A stretch of DNA of 27,193 bases from Rhizaria sp. SCN 62-66 (GCA_001724265.1 MEDY01000077.1:62001-89193); one strand, 5' to 3'. Counted from the first letter of the stretch, positions 1 to 13,158 are shown. The notes: generated from the sequence alone by a model not told the origin. Translations and numbers: made by a program.

Positions 1-1
1 G

Positions 2-2536
2 CAATCTCGTGTGCAGTCCCCGTCTGATACGCAGTCGCATGTCACAAATGCCGGCATCAAGTCAAACGGCGCGAACATGAAGAAGGACACGCCCAGCAGT
101 CTTGTGTATAGCAACAGCATGCATGAGGTGAGCGACATTGGTGACATGTATGCCCCGAATAGTGTGTTCACGTGGCACACGCAAATCAACCCAGACATGC
201 CTGAACACTCTCAGGCAAACACCCCCGCTGTGACCACGGCTCGAAACGGCCGGCGCGGAAGCGCAGAGCCTGGCAAGCGCGGTGCAAGTGTGTTGCAAAA
301 GCAACAACGGCCCAATCACGCGCAGAGTCACAGTGTGGGTCACGAAGAAGAAGAGGAAGAAGACGGCGGAGGTGCGCACAGTGCCAGCACGAGTCCAATC
401 GCGAGTCCTCTGGCAACGTCACCTGAAATCGAGATAGAGCTTGAGCGAGGGCAAGAGCACGAGCAAGATCATGGCTATCAGTGTCAGTGTGACACCAACA
501 AGAGAAAGGGTGCTCCGTGTGTGACGACAGGGCCGACGCCTGCATCAACACCAGTACCGTCAATCAGCAGCGCGAGCCACCTGCTGACTGAGACTATTAA
601 CTTCGAAGGGCCCACGGTCAGAGATGCGACCCAACTGCCTCCAGGTAGCGGCGCAGGCCAGATTCCGTCAGTGACGGATGTGAGTCAGATCCCCACGGTC
701 AGTAGCAGCAGCCTCACGCCCACAGTCCCCGACGCGACGCAAACCGTTGCCGACAAGCATGAAGGGGAAATGCTCGGTTTGAGCCACTTTGACTGGGCTC
801 AACCGATGAAATCAAGCTATCTACGCCGTTTGAGCTCGGCCGGCGTTGGCGTCGGCGCGCCCAACGTCGGCCCTCGTCCGGCCAATGCAAACAACAGGTG
901 TAGTTATTGTCATGGCACCTGCGCCCCTGCTGCAGCGGACTCTGACGCAGGCGCAGGCACTCAAACGCAGCCCAACGTGAAGCAAGCAGGGAATGATGAA
1001 ACCGCAAGAGAGAACGGTGCGAAGGTTGATAGCGACAGCACTTCGACGAGCGGTAGCGTCATCAGCGGCCGCTACAGTGAGAAGAGCGCAGTCATCGCAT
1101 CCACGCCTCGCGGTGGCGTGTTCATGACCCCGTTTTCGCTCGCCCACAGTCCCCTGCGCGGCAGACATCACCCGCAGTACCACAGCCGGGGCTACGGCCA
1201 GGGCCACAGCCACAACAACATCTACAGCCAAAGCCACGTCCCCAGCCCAGCTCAACAGCAGCAGCGCCACCAAAGCAACGCGAACGCCGTTGCGCCAGTG
1301 CCGATCGCCGGCATAGCGAGTCCCGACGTTGACGTCGGCGACACGCCCGTTGGCCGTGAGCAGCCCGGGCAAGCGCTCACGCCGTCAATGGACTCGGCGT
1401 CGGTCAGCATGTCGTCGCCGCCCAACTCGTTTGCGTCGACGCCGCCGTTGCGCGACGGCGTGCGCGACGGCATGCGCGACGGCGTGCGCGGGACGGCGCG
1501 CGGCGCAGTACGATGCGGCGCGAGGTCGGACTGTCCGTTGCCGGCGTCTGCTTCACAATCGCAACAGCTACAGCAGACGCAGCAGCAGCACCAGCAGCAA
1601 CCACAGCAGGCGCAGCAGCCACAGCAACAACAGCAACGGCCGCAAGCTCCTCAAGAGCAGGGCCCATCGCGCGACCAACATGGGCAGGGGCCGCAGCAGC
1701 CGCCGACCCAGCCGGCGAAGCCACCTGCGACGGGTCCAGACCGCACCAACGGCAGTCACGGCAACGGCAATCATGGGAGCAACGGCAACAGCAAAAAGCA
1801 GTCAGTGCCCGCGGCGCCGTCATCGCCGCCGTCGCCGCCGTCGCCGCCGCGGCCGCCGGTGATCTTGCCCGGCCGCTGGCATGTGGTCGCGCTCACGGTG
1901 AACACGTTGCAGAGCGTCGCCATAGCCTACGTCGACGGCGTGCGCGTCGACCACGCCGTGCTGCCGTCGTCGCACAACGCGGTCACGTACACGACGACGA
2001 GCGTGAACCCCAAAGCGACCGCAGGTGCTAATAACGTTCAAGCGACCACCACGAACTCAAACGCAGATGCACCCGCAAGCGCCGCCCTTGGGAGCGTTGG
2101 CGTCGACTGTTGCGGCAACAGCAGCACAGCGGCGCCCGCGGTTTCGACGAGCGCGCTGCCCGCGGTCGCTGCAAACCGCAGGAGCGTAACTGTGACAGTG
2201 ACGAACGTGAGCGCGAGCAGCAGCACCGGCGTCGACGGCGTGTACGCGCTCTCCGCGGTGTGCGGCATCGGCGGGCTAAGGGGCAGGGGCACTTCCAGCT
2301 CCCGGGATAGTGAGGAGCTTGGGGGCGCTCGTGAGTGCCAGTGTAAATGTCACGACCTGAAGCACTCAGGCACCACAGCAAAAGCCCCGTGTGCGTGCGA
2401 GTGTAGTGCCGGTGGAAGCAACAATAACAACAGTATGTGGCGACTGAAGAGCGTTGAGGTGCTTGATCGTGTGGTGCGGTCGAACAAGCTCAGCCGCATG
2501 GGGAAGGAAGCGTCGCACGCACTTTCGCACCAGTGA
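2..2536 (+). CDS. 3' part of a large low-complexity protein with a C-terminal LamG/concanavalin-A-like beta-sandwich fragment (5' end probably outside the window)
   Basis: The frame is open from position 2 to TGA at 2534-2536, followed by an AT-rich 3' region. Mostly S/P/Q/A/H low complexity. PGRWHVVALTVNTLQSVAIAYVDGVRV fits the LamG W-H-x-hydrophobic...YVDG pattern; further strand-like pieces (DGVYAL, WRLKSVEVLDRVV) are separated by inserts. Confidence 0.7.
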   Translation, partial: QSRVQSPSDTQSHVTNAGIKSNGANMKKDTPSSLVYSNSMHEVSDIGDMYAPNSVFTWHTQINPDMPEHSQANTPAVTTARNGRRGSAEPGKRGASVLQKQQRPNHAQSHSVGHEEEEEEDGGGAHSASTSPIASPLATSPEIEIELERGQEHEQDHGYQCQCDTNKRKGAPCVTTGPTPASTPVPSISSASHLLTETINFEGPTVRDATQLPPGSGAGQIPSVTDVSQIPTVSSSSLTPTVPDATQTVADKHEGEMLGLSHFDWAQPMKSSYLRRLSSAGVGVGAPNVGPRPANANNRCSYCHGTCAPAAADSDAGAGTQTQPNVKQAGNDETARENGAKVDSDSTSTSGSVISGRYSEKSAVIASTPRGGVFMTPFSLAHSPLRGRHHPQYHSRGYGQGHSHNNIYSQSHVPSPAQQQQRHQSNANAVAPVPIAGIASPDVDVGDTPVGREQPGQALTPSMDSASVSMSSPPNSFASTPPLRDGVRDGMRDGVRGTARGAVRCGARSDCPLPASASQSQQLQQTQQQHQQQPQQAQQPQQQQQRPQAPQEQGPSRDQHGQGPQQPPTQPAKPPATGPDRTNGSHGNGNHGSNGNSKKQSVPAAPSSPPSPPSPPRPPVILPGRWHVVALTVNTLQSVAIAYVDGVRVDHAVLPSSHNAVTYTTTSVNPKATAGANNVQATTTNSNADAPASAALGSVGVDCCGNSSTAAPAVSTSALPAVAANRRSVTVTVTNVSASSSTGVDGVYALSAVCGIGGLRGRGTSSSRDSEELGGARECQCKCHDLKHSGTTAKAPCACECSAGGSNNNNSMWRLKSVEVLDRVVRSNKLSRMGKEASHALSHQ
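1451..1490 (+). repeat. 12-nt coding tandem repeat (RDGV/RDGM/RDGV)
   Basis: cgcgacggcgtg cgcgacggcatg cgcgacggcgtg cgcg seen directly. Confidence 0.85.
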
Positions 2537-3015
2537 GTCATAATTGTCAGCAAACACAATTTACGAACAACCTGAAACAACGAAAACCTAACAGTGATAA
2601 TGATTCAATGAATATAAAATGCAAGAATAAGACCGAATTGAACTATAACATGTTTGAAGAAACAAACAACTCAATAAACAAACCTTTTCTAGTTACATGC
2701 ACGTGGCTAATCTTACGCGCATTAAAATGTCATAAGTCTAGAGAAATACGTTTGATGTGTGTATTATCAATTAACCTGTACAAGGCGTTAAGACTATATA
2801 AAGTGAAGCTGCATACGCAGAATGGCCATCAAGCATCATGCCTCCTGTCATAAGCTTGCATAACATACACACGACCTATTGTGAATCGATAGGGCGCATA
2901 ACGTGTCAAATCACGTCCAAAGTTCATCTTAACACAACACGTGATATTTCCCACGCATAATCACAGTTATACCACAGCATGACATCGATAAGAGTGTTAA
3001 TGTGCGATATTGGCT

Positions 3016-3788
3016 TCAATCCATGCCTCCCGCGGCGAGGCCGACGAACTCGGACCACCACGCACTGCTTTCCTTCATCACGGCCTCGCAGCGCGCCTGC
3101 ACCATGGGCACCGAGACGCCGCTCTGCGCGCGCGTGTAGTCGCCCACGCCCGTGGCGCCCGAGAAGACGACCGTGTCTGCGCCCTTGCACGCGCTCGGGA
3201 ACGTCGTCTGGCAGTGGTCGAACCCGCAGTAGGGCTCCAGCTCCTCGCTGAAGTACCACCGCAGCGGCGGCGCGGACCGCTTCTCCGCCAGCGCTGCCGC
3301 AACCGAAGACGCCGTGGCGTCGCTGCGGGTCGGGTCCGAGGCGCCGGGCGCGGTGGGGGCCAAGTCGGTGGCGTCGAGCACGGTCAGGGGGTCGTCGTCG
3401 TTGTGGGCCGTGATCGAATAGTCGGTCCCGTCGTCGCCGCAATAACAGCAGCAGAAGTTGCGTTCTACACAGAAAAAAAAACAGCATTCAATATTATCGC
3501 TAAGTTAGTGTTACGCACTTCAGTATTGACCAGTCCTAGTTCGATTGTGGCGAGATAGAGCAAAGATAAGTGGTTTAGCTCAACAGCGTATCATTGGTGG
3601 GGCTTGAAGAGTGAAGACGTACCACGACGCGGGTAATTTAGTGCGTTGTTGATGCGCTGTTCAATTGACATGCTGGCGGTAAAGGGGTGCAGGCCAGCAG
3701 CTGGCTCTTGTGCGTTGGCAAAAGCAGGGAGCCATGCCAGAGAGCCGCAGAGAGCGACAAGAAGGAGCGTCAGCGACATCACGCCCAT
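3016..3788 (-). CDS. Small secreted cysteine-rich protein of unknown function (~204 aa, 2 exons)
   Basis: Exons 3788-3623 and 3464-3016. The intron GTACGT...ttttctgtgtAG joins them in frame (YPRR-ERNFCCCYCGDDG). Hydrophobic N-terminus MGVMSLTLLLVALCGSLAWLPAFANA-QE resembles a signal peptide. TGA stop at 3018-3016. Confidence 0.75.
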
Positions 3789-4166
3789 CCGCCGAACGTG
3801 CAGTTATATACAATACAACGGAGACCTCCGAGTGTATAATTTAGGGAAAATAAAGAATTAAATCTCTGTATCTCCCAATCGGTGTGCTTGTCTCTTTTTG
3901 ACGATTAAGTGCAGAGATATTCAAGGAAGAAGAAAGCTGAACAAGCATGCTGCGCTTTTGTGGTGGACTAGCGGTTGGTGGTCGTTTCTTCTTGGGCGAC
4001 TCTTCTTTTGGCTGACTCGACTTACTCTGACCGTTAATGTGAATGTGACGCACATGTTGGACAAAAATCACAATATATTCTCATGCCCCTCAATTATCCC
4101 TTCTAAGACTTCTGCCCAAGCCCTCAAGTAGCGCCTTTGTCCTGGCACTTCACACACTCGTTGACC

Positions 4167-4715
4167 ATGTCTCTTGCCGACACCCCCGAGGACCCATGGA
4201 ATCAAGGTACGTCATCACAGGTCTATCATTGTATCTCCAACTTACCCTGAAGCCTATACTCATGTACTCACGGTTATCTCTCAATATGCGTCTCCTTTGT
4301 TGCACAGTCATCACGGTCTACGTCAAGCAGCCCACTGGCAAGACCCTCAGCTTCAAGGTACGTTGCAGAGCTATATATCGCCGCAATGACTTGGCTACAT
4401 GACTACTCCGTTATTCCCCGTTGCATTTACTACTATACTTTGACGCGAGCGTTTGTATGACCGAAATAACACCACCACAATCACAATTGACTCACCCCTC
4501 CGTTCGCCCCTCTTCTTATACGCTGTTTTCACTTTCAGGTCAAGAAGACCGACTCGATCCTGACCGTCAAGCGTTCTGTCCAAAAGTTCGACGGCTTTCC
4601 TCCCGCGTACTCGACGCTGTCGACGGACGACGGGGAGGTGCCGGACGAGTCGGAGCTGCTCATCAACCTCAACATCGGCGACAACTACACCTTCAACAAC
4701 GAGTACAAGTATTAA
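4167..4715 (+). CDS. Small ubiquitin-like protein lacking C-terminal di-glycine (88 aa, 3 exons)
   Basis: Exons 4167-4206, 4308-4357, 4539-4715; both introns GTACGT...CAG. Product MSLADTPEDPWNQVITVYVKQPTGKTLSFKVKKTDSILTVKRSVQKFDGFPPAYSTLSTDDGEVPDESELLINLNIGDNYTFNNEYKY* follows ubiquitin motifs (IFVKTLTGKT, SDTIENVK, EGIPP, YNI). Confidence 0.85.
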
Positions 4716-5553
4716 CCGGATGTCACCGGACTAAAGCTGGCTAGATGTTTCATAGTGAAATTGATTAACGTGGGTTTGTTTTTACACAGTGTTATTAGGG
4801 TTATCTATTGTATAAAGGGAGGAGAGGTAGCGCAGAGTTGTGTCTTGCGTTTGTTTTGCAACAAGAACAACGACACCAACGCTAACATCTCAGAATGATA
4901 TGAAAATCAAAAGAAAATAGAACTAAGAGAGAAAAAAGAAAATAAAGAAATACACGCAAGCACAAGCGCAATCACAAACCGTGACCTCCAAACATAACAA
5001 CAACAACCAGTCCATTTGGAAATGAAAAGAAAACACAAGTGCACATCAAGGGATATAAAATCTGACTGCTGCTAATCTAACGCTGTGGCTGGTAGCTGTT
5101 GTCACTCTCTTGCTTGTTTGTTTTCATACAGTAATAGCATTGCTCACTCGTCGTTGTCGTTGTTGTTGTTGATGCAGCTGATGAGCGAACAGCAACAACA
5201 GCCGGAGGTGGCGAGTGATAAGCATACACAGTGATAAAGCCTACACCGTGACTAAGCCTACACCACCAGCAGTCGCACATGCACTCGCACTCGCACACTC
5301 ACACACGCACACACTCGTCGTCACGGAACGGAACACCAACAAACGTAACCACGCACACTCCAAGAGTCGCGTTGCCCCATAAGCCGTACCCAACGACAAC
5401 AGTGCACGAGTGCCAATGCTTCAGTCGTCACAGGTTCCCAGTCACAGGTTCCCGGACGGCAAGGGGTCGTATTGCAAAGCCCTCTCCTCTGAAGTCTGAA
5501 CGAACGAAGCCCGCCGTGTGTAGCACTCCGTGTTTAGCATGATGTTTCGCAGC

Positions 5554-6573
<1,020 letters not shown>

Positions 6574-7455
6574 GTACGGTCTGCAAAGAAGCGGATACCG
6601 AACAGATGGTCGAGAGTTTAGAAAATAAAAAGCGAGAGCAAGGAAGAAAAAGTAAATTCAATCGTGAATAAGACGACATGATCAAACATGAGCTTAATTG
6701 AAGTCAGGAAACTCCAAATGAAAGTAGACGTCGCGTGAGGCGAGCAATGACCTCAGGTGTTTTGCCATGTTTGCAGAAGCTGTCAGAGAGGAGAAACCAG
6801 TGCAGACAGAGCGCATAGAAGGTGCGTTGCAAGAATTATGTTGTGGGATCAGTTAGGATCTGCAACAGAAAGACTACTAAGGACAGTAGAGGCACGATGC
6901 AAGAGTGGGCAGATTAAGACGACGCGTCTCCAGGCTAAGGAGTGGTGGCGGTGCAAAACGTGCATCTGCAACCCCAAGAGCATCGGAAAGAGCACCTTCA
7001 AAAAGCACCAACCACTCTTTTCTGCGCAATCCCAGTAGAATTATGTCGTGGTACTCTGTCACGGTCTCCTTGTCCCCATATATCCGTTTTTCAAAACGCC
7101 CAGCCTCGTGGCTCTCGGTCGGTCACTCGGTGTGTGGTCGAGAAGTGACTGTGAGCAACTGACCGACCCCAGCAAGCCACCACAAGTTAGCAGCAAGCCT
7201 GCCAACAAACTCGTAGTCACTCGCACAAAACCGGGGATATATCGTCAAAAATACGACATAAACCAAAATAATTTGCCTTTTCTAAAAGTAAGCGTTGTTT
7301 ATTCATATGTAAAATATCCTCTAAATCGTTATTAACGAAGGTTTCAGTGTTGTTAAAGTTGTTAAAGTTCAAAGCTGTCGGAGATATTTACGATCCACAG
7401 CCAGACGACCCCCAGCTCGTCGGATTCTACTTTCGCAGCGGCATCATTGCATTGC

Positions 7456-7699
7456 TTAGTAGTCGTCGTCGCCAAACAGCCCGCCCGAGGACGTGTTGCT
7501 CTTGCTTCCAGAGCTGAAGAGACTGCTGTGAGCGCTGCTTCCGCTCTTGTTCGCACCGCCGCTGCTGCTGCTGCTGCTGCTGCTGCCGAGGCCGAGGCCG
7601 AGTCCATCGTCGTCGTCGTCATCGAACACGCTCTTCACAGCATTCTTAGTGCTAGAGCTGGTAGCAGGCTTAACCGCAGTCGCAAAGGCAGTCGCAGAA

Positions 7700-7737
<38 letters not shown>

Positions 7738-10700
7738 CTTGGTCACAGCAGTAGCGGTGGCGGCGGCGGCACTAGCAGCGGCAGGCTTCGCTTTGGGCTG
7801 TGCGAAGAGATCGTCGTCGCCCTCGGCTGCGAAGATGTCAAAGGACACAGACTTCGCCTCAGCCTTAGCAGGCGCAGGCGCAGGCGCAGGCGCAGGTGTG
7901 TTGCTCGTTCCAGCAGCAGTCGCAGAAAGCTTCCCACTGGCATTGCTAGACTGAGCAACAGCGGTAGGAGTCATGCCAAACACGCCGTCGGCAACCGTGC
8001 TTCCGCCGACCAGCGCCGCCGCCGCCGCAGTCGAGGTGAGATTGTACCGGCTGCTGACGCTGGCGCTGTTGTTATTGAAGGGCAGCGACGGCGACCGCGC
8101 GAACCCGTCGATCGCGTCGTCGTCCTCGGCGAAAAGGGCCGAAATCGCGCTCTTAGTCTTGGTCTTAGCGGTGTTGTCGTTGTCGTCATCGTCGTCGTCG
8201 TCGCCGAATAACGAGTTCCTATCCTTCTTGCCCTTCGCAACAGCATTCTTCGTCGTGGTCGTCAAGCCAAGTGCTGCGAGCCCGTCACTGGCACGGACAC
8301 TGGCACTGGCGCTCGAGCTAGAGCCAGAGCCGGCGGAAGCAGAGTCGGCGGCCGCGTCGGCGTTGGTGACAACGCCTGAACTCGTGAGGAACACGGGCAT
8401 CGACTTGAGCGCGATCACCGGCGCTGCCACGGGCGCGGGCGCAGGCGCAGGCGCAGCAGCAGCAGCAGCCGCGGCAGCAGCAGCAGTCGCGGCCGCGGCG
8501 GCAGAAGCAGCGGCGGCGGAAGCAGCGGCCGACTTAGCGTTACTCCGCCCATTGGTGTCAACAACGCCGCTGCCGAAGATGGCGTCGAGGTCGGGGTCAA
8601 CGTCCTTCTGCGCCGCCCTCTTGGCGCCGCCCGCGGCGGACGTGGACGTGAGTCCCAGGTCGGTGCCCAGTGACAACTCGTCGGCGTCGAGCGCGCCCAG
8701 TCCGCCGGAGACCTCGGCCACGCCGAACACGCTCACGCTGCCCACGCTGCCCACGGTCGCCGTCGCCGTGGCCGCCGTGGCGGTCGAGTCCGCAGGTGCG
8801 GCCGCAGTCGCAGAGCGAGCGCCAGACTCGGCCGCGCTATCGCCGCCGCCGCTGCCGTGCACGTCGACGTTGTTGTCGGAGCTGAAGAGCGCGCTGAACT
8901 CGTCCTTGGCGGCGCGCGCCTTGGCCGGGTCCACCCACGTGGCCGGCGCCAGCGCGCCCACCATAACCGCGTGGTGATCGGTCACACTGCCGCTCGGATG
9001 ATCGCCGTTGGCGTTGCTCTCGGCGGCCTCGGCGGCGGCGACAGCAGCCAGCGCGTCGGCCTCGGCGGCGGCGTACGCAGCGGCCGCGGCGGCGTAGGCG
9101 GCGGCCGCGCTGTTGATCGCGCTTTGCTGGGAACCGGAACCTGTGCCCGTACCAGTGAGGGCTGAACCCGTGAGGGTGCTTGCGGTGTTGTTCGCGGTGA
9201 AATGGACGCCGCGCATCTTCGGCACCACAACCACACTGGAGCCAGCACTCGCGCTCGCGCCGGAACTCGCGCTCGTCGCTGCGGTGCGCTGCGTGTTGTA
9301 CGTGTTGCTGGCGTTGGACGCCGAGTAGTAGGACGACCGCGCGCCGGCATAGCCCGTGCCTCTCGCGTTCCCGCTTCCGCCTGTAGCAGCGCCGCCAGTC
9401 CCCGGACCAGTGGTCCCCGCGGAACCCGTGGGACCCGTGAGCGTGAGTGGGCGGACCCCAGCGGTGTTGGCGCACGGCAGCAGGGCGACGGCGGCGCGCG
9501 TGGAGGTGACCAGCGCTGCCAGTGCAGAGCGGGACACGGGCACGGTCGCGGGCACGACAGCGGCGGGCTTGGTCGTCGCGTCAGAATCAGCATCAGCATT
9601 AGCATCAGCATTAGCAGCACTGTCATCGTCAGCGTTATGCTTACCGGCGTCAGTCGTACGTTTATCGGAACCCGTGGTGGTACCGGTGGGGGCGCCTGTG
9701 GTGACGCCCGTGACGTCGCACAGCGCGGCGGCCGTGGCGAGCAGCTTCGTCGTGATGTCGCGCGCCGCAGCGAGCTTGTGCCCGCACGCGTCGATTTGAC
9801 TGGGCAGGATAAGGGGCACGCGTCGCATCACGCCCTTGCCAGCGCCCGCGCTCCGCACAGCGGACGAGCTCTTGCCGGCGCCCGCGTTGCCGCTGCCGCT
9901 GCCGCTGGTGTTGCTGCTGCTGCCGGCGCCTGTGACGCCTGTGGCGCTGAGAGCGGAGTTCAGCGACGCGACGGCCGTGTCGAGGAACGACGTCAGGGTG
10001 GACGCGCGCAGACTGCCGAACATGCCACGCACGCCGCCACTGGTACTCCCACCAGCAGCAGCGGTGCTGGCGCTGGACGTGCTGGAGGCGGTGGGGGACG
10101 CGGGCTTAGCGGCGCTGGACTTAGAGAGAGGACCGGCGGAGGCCACGGCTGCCATGTCGCGCTCGTCCTAAAACGATAAGAAAAAAAAATGATATTGACA
10201 CCGTATGTGAGAGAAATGATTCGAAAATAATATAAATTTCATACGTAGTAGTAAATAACACGTTGATAAAAAATTGAAGTAACTCGATAAGATGCACATG
10301 AAACGTACCTGCTCGATGAGCGCCTGCACCGTGGCCCTCAGGTCCTCCGTCGTCGCCGCCGCCGCCGCAAGCTCTGCCCCAGCCAGCGCCAACGCAGTCA
10401 CCTCGACCGCGACCGCAGACGCCGCACTGGAGCTGCTGCTGTTCGGGCTCGGCTGTGCTGCGACGGCGCCCTCGGCTCCCGCCCCGGCCTCGCCCATAGT
10501 AGCGCTCGCGGAGGCCGTGACGTTGGGCTGCGCCTGGACCTGCACGGCCCAAGCCGAGACCTGCGCAATGCGCTGCCGCAGCGCCGCCAGCGCGTCCTGC
10601 ACGGACGCGGGCAGCGCCGCCGCCGCGGCCGCCGCGGCGCCCGCGCTGGCGCGTGCCCACGCGAGCCTCTCCGCGCGCTTGTCCAGGCGGGCCTGGCGGC

Positions 10701-13060
10701 GCGCGGCGCGCGCGGCGAGCGCGGCGCGGCGGTGCGCGACGCGGGCGCGGTGGCGGGCGCCCTGGGCCGCGGCGCGCGTGTGGGCCGGCGCCGTCACGCG
10801 GTCGGGCTCGGACTCGTCGCCGCCGGAGCCATCGTGGTAGAAGGCCATGTCGAGCTCCTCCTCGTCGTCGTCCTCCGCCGTCACGCTCACGAGCACGCCG
10901 CCGCCAGAGCTGTTATGGCTCGAATTGTCATCGGGAGACTGTGCGAGGTAGTGCGTGTCGGGCGCCGGGGCCCAGATCATGTCGGGCGCGAGTGTGAAGG
11001 TGAACGGTGCGGCGTTGAACACAGACTCAGCCTCAGCCGCAGTCGCACTGCTGCTGCTCTCAACCGCAGCAGAGCCAGCCGCAGTCGCAGTGGCAGCGGC
11101 AGTGGCGGGGGAACTTGCTGAGTCAGCAGTGATATGAGCGGGGATATCGCAGGGCAGCACGGGGGGAACGCCTGTGGTCATGGTGACGGGGCCGTTAAAC
11201 ACCGCGCCCACGGGGGTCCGCTGTCGCTCCATGAGGTACACCGCGGCGTGCGCAATGGTCTGCACGTTCTCCACGTTGCAGTAGCGCATGAGACGCTTGA
11301 GTGCGTACGCGTAGTCGCCGAAGAGCACGTCCTCGCGCGCGTAAACGGCCATCGCGACGCACACGTAGTCGATGAGCGGGAACGGGTGCGAGTAAGACAG
11401 CACGGCGTCCCAGAGCACCGCCGCGTCCTTGAGGTGGAACTCGCGGGTGAAGAGCAGCCGCAGCCAGCGCAGCAGGAACACCACGGGCGGGATTTGGTGC
11501 TCCGTGATGTGCGCGTGGACAGCCGGGTCGTAGCGCTTGAGCAACACGTCGAAGATGTAGCCGCAGCGGTACACGATCGGGGGCTCCGACTCGCGGTCGC
11601 CGTCGCCCAGCGCGCCGCCGCGGCCGCTGCTGCTGTGGCGGCTGCCGGCGTGACCGTGAAGGTGACCGTGGGAGTGACCGTGGGTGCGGGAGGAAGGCGC
11701 GCCGCGGACGCCGGAGTTGAGCCCCGGCCCGCTGCCGCCGTGACCGCCGCCGCCCCTCGCCGCACCGGCACCAGAGCCAGAGCCAGAGCCAGAGCCGGAC
11801 TCGGTGGCGGTGCTGCCGCGGGTGTTTGTGGAGGTTTGCGAGGACCGGGGCTGAGGGTCCAGCGGGTGCAGGTGGGTGTTGCCGCGGCGAATCGCGTGGG
11901 CCGTGGAGTAATACGGCTCCAACTCGCGGAGAATCTCGGTCAGGAGATGGAACGCGTCGTGTTCGATGTACTTGGGATCGAAGATCACGCGGAAGGCTTC
12001 CTCTTCCTCTGCAGTTAGAGTCACAGAGACACTGGCGTCGTCCATCGTCTCAGACTCAACCTTCTCGCTCTCCGTCGCAGCATCACCCGCCGCGGACGCC
12101 GTGGCGGCGTCTGTGGCGAGTGCGTGGAGCAGCATCGCCGTCAGCTCGTTCATGCCCTGGCGGTACGAGCACTCAGGGTGCAGCGACGACCACGTGAACA
12201 GCACGTTCATCAGCTGCGACTGCGTGGCACCGTGCTTGAAGAACGCCGTCGTGGGGTGTGTGCGCGCCAGATCGCGCTTGATGGTCCCGCACAGCTCGTT
12301 GTTCTGCAGGTATCGCGCCCAGAGCGAGTCCTCCCCCACGGCGAGCGGGTTATTCGCGCGCAAGTCGACCTTGTGGCGGCTGCCGTCCTCGCCCAGCGCC
12401 TCGTCGTCGAGCGGGTTGACCGCGAAGCGCGCGAACGCAGCCTCGTACTCTGCGCGGCGCGCTGTCGCGGCGGCCGCCCAGCCGCGCGCGGGCGTGTTGC
12501 GGGGGAAATATCCTGTGAAGAGGCGCCAGAAGAGGGTGCGGAGGTGGGAGGAGAGGAACGACGCGCTGCGGGCTTCGGCGCGCAGGGAAAGCAGCGCGAA
12601 CGAGTCGACGCGGCCGTCGTTTTCTAACATAGTCGCAGTTGCAGTTGAAGTCGCGTCAGCGCTCTCGCTAGCGCTCGCAGTCGCAGTAGCAGTGGCAGCA
12701 GCGGTGCTCTTTGCGTTAGCGAGGGGCAGCGCCGTGTCGAAGGGGAGTTGGCTGTTGCTCGCGGAGAAGGCAGTGGCAAAGCGCCGCTTGAACTCGGCGC
12801 GGGCCGTGTTGGGGCAGGCCGTGAGACCGAGCTCGACGAGCGCAGAGGTGTCGGTACCGATAATCATCGCAAACGTGGTGTCCTCCTCCTCTTCGTCGTC
12901 GTTGCCGTCGCCGTGGTTATTCTCGTCGTTGTCGCCGTCACAGTCAGCATCCTGCTCCTGCTGCTGCTGATCACAGTCACCATCAGCGTTCGCGGCGTCA
13001 GCAGAGCTGTTATCAGGCTCGTCGTTGGCAGAGTATGTTTTAGTCTCGGCGCAACTATTG

Positions 13061-13128
<68 letters not shown>

Positions 13129-13158
13129 AGCAGCTGCTGTAAGGGCAGAGGGGCGCAT
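7456..13158 (-). CDS. TBC1D5: TBC1D5-like Rab GTPase-activating protein with a long low-complexity C-terminal tail (~1853 aa, 2 coding exons)
   Basis: Exons 13158-10309 and 10167-7456, joined in phase 0 by a GTACGT...ttttAG intron (IEQ-DERDMAAV). TBC catalytic motifs IKRDLART and YRQGMNE are intact. LRTLFWRLF, NNPLAVGEDSLW, EHDAF and LRWLRLLFTREF match the TBC1D5 subfamily. TAA stop. Confidence 0.88.
13066..13125 (-). repeat. (AGC)~20 trinucleotide tract encoding poly-Ser at the TBC1D5 N-terminus
   Basis: Uninterrupted gct/ctg run on the + strand; the translation gives about 20 consecutive Ser. Confidence 0.9.

Noticed and set aside
5275-5320. CA-rich repeat downstream of Rab2
   Set aside because: Degenerate microsatellite in a probable 3' UTR, with no further structure.
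6757-7335. Short ORFs between Rab2 and TBC1D5
   Set aside because: No motifs and no convincing splice structure; most likely the Rab2 5' leader/promoter and the TBC1D5 3' UTR.
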